DNA of 64,000 nt, taken from contig CANPVE010000009.1 of the NCBI GenBank assembly GCA_947581635.1, positions 15,158 to 79,157 of the forward strand, in the 5' to 3' direction. The notes under the pieces are model-generated. The model made no database searches and was not told the origin of the DNA. It worked only from the letters and a program-made list of their open reading frames with translations. The translations under genes and the position numbers were made by a program. Shown piece by piece: positions 55,127 to 64,000 of the stretch. This stretch comes from an uncultured Clostridia bacterium (GTDB taxonomy: Bacteria; Bacillota; Clostridia; Oscillospirales; Acutalibacteraceae). Within the stretch, counting starts at the first letter, position 1. Each line of letters opens with the position of its first letter.

Positions 55127-55236
55127 TGCTCACGAATACAAACGACATGAGAAACATATAAAACAATAAACACGGAAATCAATTTTTTAAAATTTGAAAC
55201 CTGCGGTTTTGTTTTCGGTTAAATGGGGAATGTAAA

Positions 55237-56280
55237 TTGAGTGACAACAGATATGCAAACAGAAATTCGGACTATAGCAGCGGCCCGCGCCCACAGAAAG
55301 TACAGGGGCAATCTTCTTCGCACGCCGTCTCGCTTGAAAAATTCCCGTGGCAGCTCTTTGCGGCCGTGGCGTTTGCGGTTATCGGCCTGGTGATATTCTC
55401 GGTGGCCATAACCATGCTGACCGGCGGCGACAAAGGCGGGCAGGGGTCGGACAAAGGCGCGCAGCTATACGTGTCGGATTCCACGGCGCAGGACGGCACG
55501 GTCATAGCTTTCGACGATGCCGACGTTTCCTCCGAGGATTTAACCAGCCTGGAAAAAGCAGACTTCACCGGAACATGGAACAAGACCGAGGTATACGAGA
55601 GTGAGAAAGCGACACTCACTATAACAGACCAGAATGAGGTCGGCTTCAGCTTCACCATGAAGATATGGAACGCAAAAAAAACTGCTTCGGTTTCCGGCAC
55701 AGCTTATTTCACCGGCAGCAACTCCGCCTCATACGTCAAGGATCTCTCCTCGATAACCTTTGAGCGCGGCACACAGTATATATCGGTCTATCACATCGGC
55801 AATAATTCCGACTTCGGCATTTCCGACGGTTTCAAGACCGACGGGAGATACACCACAGGCACACCGAAATACTACGAAACCAATGAAGTAAGCGGCTACG
55901 ACTACAACCTGTATAAGTCCGACAACATCGTAAATGCCCTCTCCTCTACCCTTTCTGCCGACGACTACGAGCTGTACAAGGAGATGATGGCCAAAGGACT
56001 GCAATCGCCTATCGCCTATGAACGCACGCTGGACAAAAACGGCAAAAAAGTAAACGTGGACGCGGAGCTGAATTGTGTGAAGTATTACGCCCATCTCAAC
56101 AGCACAGGCTCCGATATGATATTCATATGTTCAAATGACGGCAGGATATATGTGCTGTTTTACGATTCCGAGCAGATGAGGTACTACACCAACGACAAGA
56201 GCTATTCCAAAAAGATGCCGGGCGCATTCCAAGCGGTTGCCACAGCAAAGAAAATGACGCCTAAATATGTGTATAAATAA
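55237..56280 (+). CDS. membrane-anchored hypothetical protein
   Basis: TTG start, one TM (LFAAVAFAVIGLVIFSVAITML), and a ~270-aa extracytoplasmic domain with no motif I recognise. Confidence 0.55.
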   Translation: MSDNRYANRNSDYSSGPRPQKVQGQSSSHAVSLEKFPWQLFAAVAFAVIGLVIFSVAITMLTGGDKGGQGSDKGAQLYVSDSTAQDGTVIAFDDADVSSEDLTSLEKADFTGTWNKTEVYESEKATLTITDQNEVGFSFTMKIWNAKKTASVSGTAYFTGSNSASYVKDLSSITFERGTQYISVYHIGNNSDFGISDGFKTDGRYTTGTPKYYETNEVSGYDYNLYKSDNIVNALSSTLSADDYELYKEMMAKGLQSPIAYERTLDKNGKKVNVDAELNCVKYYAHLNSTGSDMIFICSNDGRIYVLFYDSEQMRYYTNDKSYSKKMPGAFQAVATAKKMTPKYVYK

Positions 56281-56306
56281 ACTCAAAAACAACCTGTTGA
56301 GAAAGG

Positions 56307-57101
56307 ATGTATAAAAACATGAGCACGTTCAGCCTACTGCTTATGCTTCTGTTTTTGATTGTTTTTGGCGTACAGTTTTTTATGTACTTCGTAAATATGG
56401 AGATGCCGAGATTTTCGAGGTTCCTTACTCTCCTGCTCATATTGATGCTGATTGCGGAGATAATCATATCTTCGTTTGAATTACCCGCCAAGCTTATCGA
56501 CCTGATTGTGCTAATCTCAATGGGAAACAAAACAATAGTAATCTGCTGCGCGGCGGTAATATTCACTGTGTTGCTGTTTATACTGGTCAAGCTTCTGCCG
56601 AAATTTAAATGGAAAAAAATTCTCAAGTTCACTCCCGTGAAGTATGTCATAATGGGCTTTCTTGTGATAGTACTGGCGATATACACCGAGCTTTTCAACG
56701 GCTGTTACTCATTTGACAGCCTTAATGAATACAATGATTTCAAACAAAATTTCGCCAAATATGACAGACGCTTCTGGCCCACAAAATATATAAAAAGCAT
56801 TGAAGACAACGGGCAGGAAAAAGTGACCACCTATTCCATATACCCTTGGGACGTGGAGATAACCGATGGCAGACAGTTTGCCTACAAGGTTGTGACCTTC
56901 TACGGTGTGGACAGCTACGGAGACAGCAGATACTTTTATTACTATCCATTTACCTATAATCTTTACGCGGGTGTCTCGTCAAAACCTGTGGAATATGAAA
57001 AGTCGGAGGGAACCGCTTCCGCAGCCGTGAGCCAATCCGATACGGGCGGCGATTCCAAAGCAAACGGCTCCGCCTATGATAACGACGATTCCGAAAGTTA
57101 A
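56307..57101 (+). CDS. polytopic membrane protein, unknown function
   Basis: Four to five TM helices followed by a soluble Tyr-rich domain and an acidic tail. The start may be the ATG at 56319. Confidence 0.55.
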   Translation: MYKNMSTFSLLLMLLFLIVFGVQFFMYFVNMEMPRFSRFLTLLLILMLIAEIIISSFELPAKLIDLIVLISMGNKTIVICCAAVIFTVLLFILVKLLPKFKWKKILKFTPVKYVIMGFLVIVLAIYTELFNGCYSFDSLNEYNDFKQNFAKYDRRFWPTKYIKSIEDNGQEKVTTYSIYPWDVEITDGRQFAYKVVTFYGVDSYGDSRYFYYYPFTYNLYAGVSSKPVEYEKSEGTASAAVSQSDTGGDSKANGSAYDNDDSES

Positions 57102-57178
57102 TATATTGCGTAATTACGATGAATTAATCACGATGAGCACGTATTTCTCACCGGCAAAAGAAAGGACTCTTTGAAAAA

Positions 57179-58303
57179 ATGAACGAAACAATAACCAAAA
57201 GCTGCACAGCCGTACAAGCGGATCTGTCTCTTGAAGCTCTGCTTGGCGGATGCAAGAAAAATCGCATCAAGTCTGTAGCCGCGAGGTACGAAGTTAAGGT
57301 GCCGGACAAGCTGACAAAACAGCAGATGACAGAAGCCTGCCTTCCCGTGATCGAGATAAACTTCGGCCTAAGGGTCAAACAGTACTCTCAGCAGGACATG
57401 AAGTTATTGCTCGACTGCATTAAATCGGGCAGCGTCGACGAAGAAACCGCACTTAAGATTATTGAATCCGCGCCGTTTGAAGATGGAGCCATATTCCTGA
57501 CAGCGAAAAAGGACAAAATATCGGCGCTGGTTCCGAGAGAACTCGCGGGTAAAGCCATGATGCACTGTGCCGCGCACTGCCTGATCAGCGACGACGACGA
57601 CGTTACCCGCACCGCGAAGACCTGCGCTATGATATACGGAAGCTTCACACCCGAAATGCTGGCTAACGCGGTCAATTCGGCGTATGGCGCGGACTTCACC
57701 CTACGACAGGCGGAGGAGTTTTTGGAAACGGCTGACTGTGAGGAATTCACTTATACCGACGGCAAAGCCGTGTACGCGCTTGCTCAACCGTCCGAGATCA
57801 GCCGATTGGCGGCGTCGCTCGACTTTTCTCTGCCTACCCGCAAGGAGATTGAAGCGTATTCGATCTACGGCCTGGATTCCACAGGATATTACTACCGCCA
57901 AGTGGTAAACTTTGTCTATAGCAATCAGGGCGATTCATATAAAAAGGCAAATGAATTGATGAAGAAAATCTCAATCTGGTGTTTAACAGGCGGCAGTATT
58001 CAGGATATATTCGGCATTGTGCAGCAATCCGAAATGCCGATTACGGTCAATCAATTTGAATTTCTTCTCAACATGATAGGCGAGCTTTCCAACAGAACGA
58101 GAAAGCAAAACCTTAAAGGTCATATATATTGCGACGTAGACGGCGTCCAGCCCACGGTTATGCCGAGAGTGGCAGCGAGGGACGCGGACGAGGGGAAACG
58201 CGGCGAGCCTGTGCGCGTGGGACGGAAAATAGGTCGCAACGACCCCTGTCCCTGCGGCAGCGGCAAGAAATACAAAAAATGCTGCGGTAAATCCTCTCGC
58301 TGA
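57179..58303 (+). CDS. SEC-C-motif protein
   Basis: The C-terminal [18 protein letters not shown] is the SEC-C metal-binding motif. Confidence 0.8.
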   Translation: MNETITKSCTAVQADLSLEALLGGCKKNRIKSVAARYEVKVPDKLTKQQMTEACLPVIEINFGLRVKQYSQQDMKLLLDCIKSGSVDEETALKIIESAPFEDGAIFLTAKKDKISALVPRELAGKAMMHCAAHCLISDDDDVTRTAKTCAMIYGSFTPEMLANAVNSAYGADFTLRQAEEFLETADCEEFTYTDGKAVYALAQPSEISRLAASLDFSLPTRKEIEAYSIYGLDSTGYYYRQVVNFVYSNQGDSYKKANELMKKISIWCLTGGSIQDIFGIVQQSEMPITVNQFEFLLNMIGELSNRTRKQNLKGHIYCDVDGVQPTVMPRVAARDADEGKRGEPVRVGRKIGRNDPCPCGSGKKYKKCCGKSSR

Positions 58304-58476
58304 AGTTATGATAAAAGATCAAAGTCAAACACGAACTGTACAATTTTGCCTGACATATCGGCAGGAATTGATATCAGTGAAACGCTCAAATTTACCGTTG
58401 AAAAAAAATTCACTCAGCAGTTATAATGTTTACGTAGTTAAAAATTTAGAGAAAATCTGCGGAGAGTTGAGCGTTC

Positions 58477-61053
58477 ATGAAAAATAAGGATAAATCAGGC
58501 ATTGTGTCAAACCGAAAAATCACCGCGCTGTGGGCAGGGCTTTCTTTCTTCCTGCCCGCTGCGGTGATTTCTGTTTTGCTGGCCGCGAACGCGATAACTC
58601 CCTTCGGCAATGCCACGCTTATCACCGAAGTCGGCTCAGGTTGGTTTGAGAATTTATGCCGAACGTACGAATCGGTAATTTCAGGCGACGGAGTTTTTTA
58701 TAATCTGGATATCGGCTTCGGCGGCAGCTTTTATTCCGAATTTGCGTCAGGGCTTTGCTCCCCCTTCCTCTTCGCGGCGCTGTTCTTTCCATCCGGCAGG
58801 CTGGCGGCCGCATACTCAGTCATTACGATACTTCGCGCGGGATTCGCGGGACTTTTTGCATGGACGATGCTGGACAAATGCGTCGGCATATCCAAGTCCC
58901 TCTCTTTCGCGCTGGCGTGTGGGTATGCTCTGTGCGGATTCACGGCGTGCGCGGCGTATTATCCCTCAATCGCCGACGCGGCGGTGTTCTTCCCCCTTGT
59001 GATTACTGGAATTTACGTCTATACATTCCAGGGGCGTCCGCTCAGACTGTTCCTTTGCGCCTCTCTTTTCTTCATCACCTGTTCGAGACTCTTTATAGGC
59101 GGCACGGTCGTCTGCTTCATGATGTATTTCGCCTTTTATTACAGAAGGAAAAATCCCGGCGCCCCGCTGTATAAATTTGCCATGTTTTCGGCCACTCTCC
59201 TCTGCTCCGCAGCTTCCGCAGCGGTGATGATAGTTCCTTTAGGCGTGAGCGCTGCGTATTATAAAGACGGAGTATTCTGCCGAGTAGACAGCGTGGATCC
59301 GCTGATGGCTGTCTGTTTCGGCGGCTATGCGTCAGTTTCCGACACAGGGAGCTGCTGCATATGCATTGCGGGACTGTTGATAATGGGAATCGCCGCTTTT
59401 ATGCTGAATAAATGCATATCCGTACACGAGCGCATATTTGTCGGAGCGACGGCGGCGTTGATAATAATGGCGTCCGCTCTGCCCGTAATCGGCAGCATTA
59501 TGTTCGGCTTCTGCGCCTACACGGACGAGAAGGTGAACATGGGATTTGTGCTGGCTGCGCTCGCAATCTACTGCACCGCGAGGAATTTTGCCGAGCCGGA
59601 TGGCTTAAGCCTGACTACAGCAGGTATTTCGGCAGGCGCGTTTGCGATGATATGTATACCGTCCATTTTGATGAGAAAGTCAGAAGTATTCGCCGTGCTG
59701 GCTGAATCTGGCCTTGCCGTGTTATTCATTGCGGTGTTCATCTCAATTTGCGTCACTCTCCGCTATAACAAAGGCAGTATTTCACTCAGACTGTGTGCGC
59801 TTACTGCGGCAGCAATAACAATTTTTGGCATAATACACTGCGGCGCGGCTATAGACGGCATAAACTCCCCCTACTGCTCTGACCTTCTCGCCTCTGATAG
59901 CATACAAAAGCTGCGGATAAATCAATCCATATCGGCTGACGAGGAAGCAGCGGGGCGCTCCATGAGGTTTTTCAGATACAGAAGCGTTGACAACGCCTCT
60001 TACGGAGCCAATCTCACGCGAAACGAGGCGGCAGGACTTGAGGAATTTGCCAAGCGTCTGGGTATAATGCCAAATTCTGAATTCGGCGGGGGTGAAAACT
60101 TCACTCCGCTGACCGACGTAATTTTTGGAACGGGTTATGTGATCAAAGGCGGCATGGTATACGAAGTGCAAAATGCCGCGCAGTCGCCCGCCTACCTTGT
60201 GAATGATTTCGACGATGATATAATTTACGAAGGAACCGCCTTCGATGTGCAGAACCGGCTCGCTGCAGATTGGTTCGGCGTAGAAGATTTATTCACTCCG
60301 GCCGATTTTGAATTGCAGGAGAGCACAAGCTCTGCGGAGAATGAGCGATACAAGTGGATATTCGGAAACGAAACCACATATGTAAATAAATATGCCGTAA
60401 AACTGAATGTGGGAGACAGTCTCTTTCTTCTCACCGAGAAAGGGAACTATTCGTATGCCATAGACGGCGACAGTCGAAGCGATTGGCACGATGGGCAAGA
60501 AGGAGGCATATATACTCTTTGCGACGACGCAGCGGATTGCGGCGGAATTGAAATTTATATTTCGGCGGGGGAAACTTCGGAAGGCGGCGCGCAGAAGATT
60601 CCCAAACCCACGTTTATGGTTATATCCGACGAGTTGCAACGGACACTGGCGGACCGAGCGTCAGAGCGCGGGGCGGAGTACATCTCACACAGGGGAAGTT
60701 CGATCAACTTCATGCTGACAACCGACGCGCCGAAAACAGCAGTCACCTCCGTCCCCTACGAATACGGCTGGGAGATAACCGACAACGGACAGAAAATTGA
60801 CGCCACGGAAATTTGCGGCGGACTTATCGGCATAGAACTTGGCAGCGGAAAACATTCGATAGTTATGAAATACACGCCCCCATTCTTCAAATTCAGTCTG
60901 ATATTCTCGTCCGCGTTCTTCCTGCTGGGAATGTATATGACGCTCTGCACCGAGCGTGAGATATCGCGCCGCCGCAAGGTGCGAATGGCATTCCGCGCAG
61001 CGGAACTTAACAGGCAAAAAACACATATGAATAAAAACTCACAAAGGGAATGA
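58477..61053 (+). CDS. YfhO-like polytopic membrane protein (putative glycopolymer glycosyltransferase)
   Basis: 858 aa. About 12 N-terminal TM helices are followed by a large extracytoplasmic domain and a single C-terminal TM. This architecture and size match the YfhO family. No motif-level confirmation is possible by eye. Confidence 0.55.
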   Translation: MKNKDKSGIVSNRKITALWAGLSFFLPAAVISVLLAANAITPFGNATLITEVGSGWFENLCRTYESVISGDGVFYNLDIGFGGSFYSEFASGLCSPFLFAALFFPSGRLAAAYSVITILRAGFAGLFAWTMLDKCVGISKSLSFALACGYALCGFTACAAYYPSIADAAVFFPLVITGIYVYTFQGRPLRLFLCASLFFITCSRLFIGGTVVCFMMYFAFYYRRKNPGAPLYKFAMFSATLLCSAASAAVMIVPLGVSAAYYKDGVFCRVDSVDPLMAVCFGGYASVSDTGSCCICIAGLLIMGIAAFMLNKCISVHERIFVGATAALIIMASALPVIGSIMFGFCAYTDEKVNMGFVLAALAIYCTARNFAEPDGLSLTTAGISAGAFAMICIPSILMRKSEVFAVLAESGLAVLFIAVFISICVTLRYNKGSISLRLCALTAAAITIFGIIHCGAAIDGINSPYCSDLLASDSIQKLRINQSISADEEAAGRSMRFFRYRSVDNASYGANLTRNEAAGLEEFAKRLGIMPNSEFGGGENFTPLTDVIFGTGYVIKGGMVYEVQNAAQSPAYLVNDFDDDIIYEGTAFDVQNRLAADWFGVEDLFTPADFELQESTSSAENERYKWIFGNETTYVNKYAVKLNVGDSLFLLTEKGNYSYAIDGDSRSDWHDGQEGGIYTLCDDAADCGGIEIYISAGETSEGGAQKIPKPTFMVISDELQRTLADRASERGAEYISHRGSSINFMLTTDAPKTAVTSVPYEYGWEITDNGQKIDATEICGGLIGIELGSGKHSIVMKYTPPFFKFSLIFSSAFFLLGMYMTLCTEREISRRRKVRMAFRAAELNRQKTHMNKNSQRE

Positions 61054-61060
61054 TACAAGT

Positions 61061-61759
61061 TTGTCTACCGATTTGACAGGGGTAATATTTGACTTTAACG
61101 GCACGCTGTTCTTTGACACTCAATTTCACGAACAGGCATGGAGAGAGTACGCACAGGAATTGTGCGGGAGAACGATAACCGATGAGGAGTTCCGAGACAA
61201 CATTCACGGCAGAACCAATGCCGAAATACTCAAGTATTTCCTCGGCGGCCGACTGAGCCGAGAGGAAATTGACTTTCACTCCGAAGCAAAAGAGAGGATT
61301 TATCGCGCTCTCTGCACCCGAAGCAGCGATAAATTTCACTTGGCCAAAGGAGCTGAGCAATTCATGGATTGGCTCAAATCGCGCGATATACCCATGGCAA
61401 TTGCTACTTCATCGGGCAAAAGCAATTCCGAATTCTACATGGAACGCTTTAATATGGGGCGATGGTTCGACCGAAACACCTTTGTATATAATGACGGAAG
61501 TATCCTCAGCAAGCCCTATCCGGACATATATCTTCGTGCGGCGGCGGCAATCGGCCTGAATCCTGAACAATGCGTCGTGTTTGAGGATATGCCTTCAGGC
61601 ATATCCTCGGCGCGGGCGGCAGGAGCGAGTAAAATCATCGCAGTGGCCTCATCGCTCAGCCTTCAATACCTTCTTTCGCTGGAGGGAGTAGAGCGGGTAA
61701 TTTCAAACTACGAAAATCTAAACTTCGCGGATATAATTTATAGCAATCCACACAAATAG
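61061..61759 (+). CDS. HAD-IA hydrolase (beta-phosphoglucomutase-like)
   Basis: Contains VIFDFNGTLFFD (DxD-type motif I), ATSS, and FEDMPSGISSARAAG. TTG start with an SD AAGGGAA. Confidence 0.8.
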   Translation: MSTDLTGVIFDFNGTLFFDTQFHEQAWREYAQELCGRTITDEEFRDNIHGRTNAEILKYFLGGRLSREEIDFHSEAKERIYRALCTRSSDKFHLAKGAEQFMDWLKSRDIPMAIATSSGKSNSEFYMERFNMGRWFDRNTFVYNDGSILSKPYPDIYLRAAAAIGLNPEQCVVFEDMPSGISSARAAGASKIIAVASSLSLQYLLSLEGVERVISNYENLNFADIIYSNPHK

Positions 61760-61795
61760 TCGGACAAGTTAAACGCGGCATAAGAGGGATATAAA

Positions 61796-62497
61796 ATGAG
61801 CGAAAGTATTTTAATCGTAGACGATGAAAAGGAAATAGCTGACCTGATAGAAGTGTATCTGAAAAATGACGGATATACGGTTTATAAATTTTACAACGGC
61901 GCGGACGCCTTAAGTTGCATCGAAGAAACTCCTTTGGATTTGGTGATATTAGATGTAATGCTGCCTGATATTGACGGTTTCCGTATTTGTCAGAAAATTA
62001 GAGAAAGATTCTATTATCCCGTTATAATGCTTACGGCAAAAGTAGAGGACAGCGATAAGATAATGGGGCTTACGATAGGTGCCGACGATTACATAACCAA
62101 GCCGTTTAATCCACTGGAAGTTGTTGCCAGGGTAAAGACACAGTTGCGAAGATATATGCGCTACAACAATTCCTTTCAAAAGCAGGAAGATAAAATACAC
62201 GAATACGATATCAGAGGTCTTGTAATCAATAAAGATAATCATAAATGTTTTTTGTTCGGTAAAGAACTGCAATTGACTCCGATCGAATTTTCAATTCTTT
62301 GGTATCTGTGCGAACATCAAGGAATGGTTGTTTCATCAGAAGAATTATTTGAGACTGTGTGGGGAGAAAAATTTTATCACAGCAACAATACTGTTATGTC
62401 ACATATCGGCAGACTGCGCGAAAAGATGAACGAGCCTGCCAAAAAACCTAAATTTATAAAAACTGTGTGGGGAGTTGGATATACTATTGAGAAGTAG
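61796..62497 (+). CDS. OmpR-family response regulator (VanR-like)
   Basis: Receiver domain: ILIVDDE, LVILDVMLPDIDGF, MLTAK. Winged-helix output domain: IKTVWGVGY. Confidence 0.9.
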   Translation: MSESILIVDDEKEIADLIEVYLKNDGYTVYKFYNGADALSCIEETPLDLVILDVMLPDIDGFRICQKIRERFYYPVIMLTAKVEDSDKIMGLTIGADDYITKPFNPLEVVARVKTQLRRYMRYNNSFQKQEDKIHEYDIRGLVINKDNHKCFLFGKELQLTPIEFSILWYLCEHQGMVVSSEELFETVWGEKFYHSNNTVMSHIGRLREKMNEPAKKPKFIKTVWGVGYTIEK

Positions 62498-63581
62498 AGA
62501 ACAACAAAGAATATCACAGATATCCAATCGTATCATAGTCAGATTCCTTCTGTCCTGTTTGGTTTTCCTGCTGATTATATTGGGCGGATTTTTATTTTCG
62601 TGGTTCATTTGCACACATTTTATATGGCAGGGTAACGATCCGATTTATCAGTTTTTGAAGACACTGGAAATACTTTCGCCGATCATCATTGCTCTGTCGA
62701 TTACCGTAGGCGTATTTACTCTGGCTGTCCTCTCGATAAAAAGAGCTCTGCGCTATCTCAACAATATAGTAGACGCCGCTAAAAGCCTTTCACACCCCGA
62801 TGACAATTCTATAGAGTTACCCGAAGAACTGGGTGACATACAAAACGAATTGAATCTGGCGAGAGAGCAGGCTCTGAGAAATATCAGTACCGCCAATGAA
62901 GCTGTCCAGCGCAAGAATGATTTGATTATGTATCTCGCTCACGACCTGAAAACACCGCTGGCCTCGGTAATCGGCTACCTAAACCTGCTGCATGATGAAG
63001 GGGAAATCTCCCCGAAACTCAGGGAAAAATATCTTTGTATTACGTTGAATAAAGCAGAACGCCTCGAAGATTTAATTAACGAATTTTTTGAGATAGCAAG
63101 ATTTAACCTTTCCACCATTACCCTTCAATACAGCAGAATCAATCTTACCCGACTGCTTGAGCAATTAATTTATGAATTCCGGCCCATGATGAAAGAGAAA
63201 AAACTGCGCTGTCGGCTCAGCATTGCCGAAGATATGATGTTGCGGTGCGATGCAGATAAAATACAGAGGGTATTTGATAATATTCTGCGCAACGCGGTTA
63301 TTTACAGCTTTGAAAACACGGATATAAGTATTGCGGCGGTGAACGAAAAAGACAAACTGACAATTAAATTTGTCAATCAGGGCGACACTATTCCCCAAGA
63401 AAAGCTGGAAAGGATATTTGAACAATTCTACAGGCTCGACGACGCCCGAAGCACCAAAGGAGGCGGGGCAGGCTTGGGATTGGCCATCGCGAAGCAGATT
63501 GTTGAGCTTCACGGCGGTACAATAACGGCGGAAAGCAAAGACGAAAAAACCGAATTTATAGTTTTACTCCCTACATTGTGA
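62475..63581 (+). CDS. sensor histidine kinase (VanS-like)
   Basis: Two TM helices. The H-box is MYLAHDLKTPLASVIGYLNLL. The N, G1 and G2 boxes are NILRNAVIYS and GGGAGLGLAIAK. The start overlaps the regulator gene, and its exact position (a TTG) is uncertain. Confidence 0.88.
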   Translation: MDILLRSREQQRISQISNRIIVRFLLSCLVFLLIILGGFLFSWFICTHFIWQGNDPIYQFLKTLEILSPIIIALSITVGVFTLAVLSIKRALRYLNNIVDAAKSLSHPDDNSIELPEELGDIQNELNLAREQALRNISTANEAVQRKNDLIMYLAHDLKTPLASVIGYLNLLHDEGEISPKLREKYLCITLNKAERLEDLINEFFEIARFNLSTITLQYSRINLTRLLEQLIYEFRPMMKEKKLRCRLSIAEDMMLRCDADKIQRVFDNILRNAVIYSFENTDISIAAVNEKDKLTIKFVNQGDTIPQEKLERIFEQFYRLDDARSTKGGGAGLGLAIAKQIVELHGGTITAESKDEKTEFIVLLPTL

Positions 63582-63637
63582 GAAAATCGTAAGAAATTCC
63601 GTGCAAAATTGGCAGAAAGTCTTGAAAATAAAAAAAT

Positions 63638-63695
63638 AAACAACACCCCTGTTTTTGTTATAATGATTTTGCAAATACAGAGGTGTTGTTTTTAA
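63638..63695 (+). terminator. hairpin after the kinase gene with an embedded extended -10 element
   Basis: AAACAACACCCCTGT (63638-63652) pairs with ACAGAGGTGTTGTTT (63677-63691), giving 14 of 15 pairs. The T-run lies at the 3' end. The 24-nt loop contains TGTTATAAT. Confidence 0.4.
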
Positions 63696-63797
63696 TACTA
63701 ATCTTCAATAAAAGTACCGCAAAAAATATATAATCTTTTTCATCAATTTTTTACTTTTAATTGAAGATCAGTTAAGCCGAAGGAGGAATTTTTTACT

Positions 63798-64000
63798 ATG
63801 GAATATTCGTACAAAAAGTCACGTCACAGAGGGTCTTTCATTTTCTGTGCCGTAATATTGATTGCCATTGGCTGCGGCGCTGCGTATGCAGTGAGATGCT
63901 CTAGTGACAGTGATTTACATACATCTGACCAACCCGTACAGGTAAATAAACAATACGATGAAAGGGATAAAAAGAATGAAGAGGAGGATTGGCGTCTGGT
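63798..64000 (+). CDS. partial CDS, probable VanY-type (M15B) D,D-carboxypeptidase
   Basis: ATG at 63798 with an SD GAAGGAGG 8 nt upstream. My own translation is MEYSYKKSRHRGSFIFCAVILIAIGCGAAYAVRC...EEEDWRLV, open to the window edge. It has a TM anchor and the DWRL(I/V)LVN-type entry into VanY-like domains. The domain itself is off-window. Confidence 0.55.
   Translation, partial: MEYSYKKSRHRGSFIFCAVILIAIGCGAAYAVRCSSDSDLHTSDQPVQVNKQYDERDKKNEEEDWRL

Noticed and set aside
61796-64000. Vancomycin-resistance operon (with the VanX-like gene at 31740-32516)
   Set aside because: No vanH or van ligase genes are visible. The VanX-like gene is 30 kb away, membrane-anchored and unlinked. VanRS-like systems with VanY-like genes are common outside resistance clusters.
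1-64000. Mobile elements, prophage, toxin-antitoxin or known defence systems
   Set aside because: I found no ORF with transposase, integrase, recombinase, phage structural, restriction-modification, Cas, or typical toxin/antitoxin signatures in any frame.

Overview
This looks like a 64-kb chromosomal segment from a spore-forming Firmicute. I infer class Clostridia from the roughly balanced GC content, a SleC-type cortex-lytic enzyme, a sortase with its substrate, and TagF/LicD envelope genes. I call 59 protein-coding genes, one of them truncated at the right edge. They are mostly housekeeping and cell-envelope functions: rpsL, PPK2, QueH, LuxS, RlmA, a PBP5-type carboxypeptidase, M23/M14/M15/M42 peptidases, PAP2, many small phosphatases and hydrolases, and a VanRS-like two-component system. 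I recognised no rRNA, tRNA, CRISPR array, transposase, integrase, phage gene or known defence gene, so I cannot point to a clear-cut new 'system'. The observations most worth a second look are:
- A modular intergenic repeat family. It has a conserved head module plus a 90-bp unit carrying a hairpin, present three times in tandem at 858-1127. Further copies lie at 5.9, 7.7, 8.9 and 41.6 kb, and two inverted head copies bracket ppk2.
- A SleC germination lytic enzyme split exactly at the pre-region/catalytic junction. The split is a single in-frame TAG followed directly by ATG, with a correctly spaced Shine-Dalgarno sequence.
- A compact phosphonate operon whose first gene fuses two different nucleotidyltransferase domains to PEP mutase. 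An Fe-ADH and a phosphonopyruvate decarboxylase follow, which predicts 2-hydroxyethylphosphonate chemistry.
- Several tight clusters of uncharacterised genes: DUF4241/DUF5685/Cys-rich J-protein, three zinc-ribbon membrane paralogues, an acidic 13-aa-repeat protein, three small helical proteins, and a 662-aa orphan.

All functional calls rest on motif recognition by eye in the supplied translations. No database search was run.
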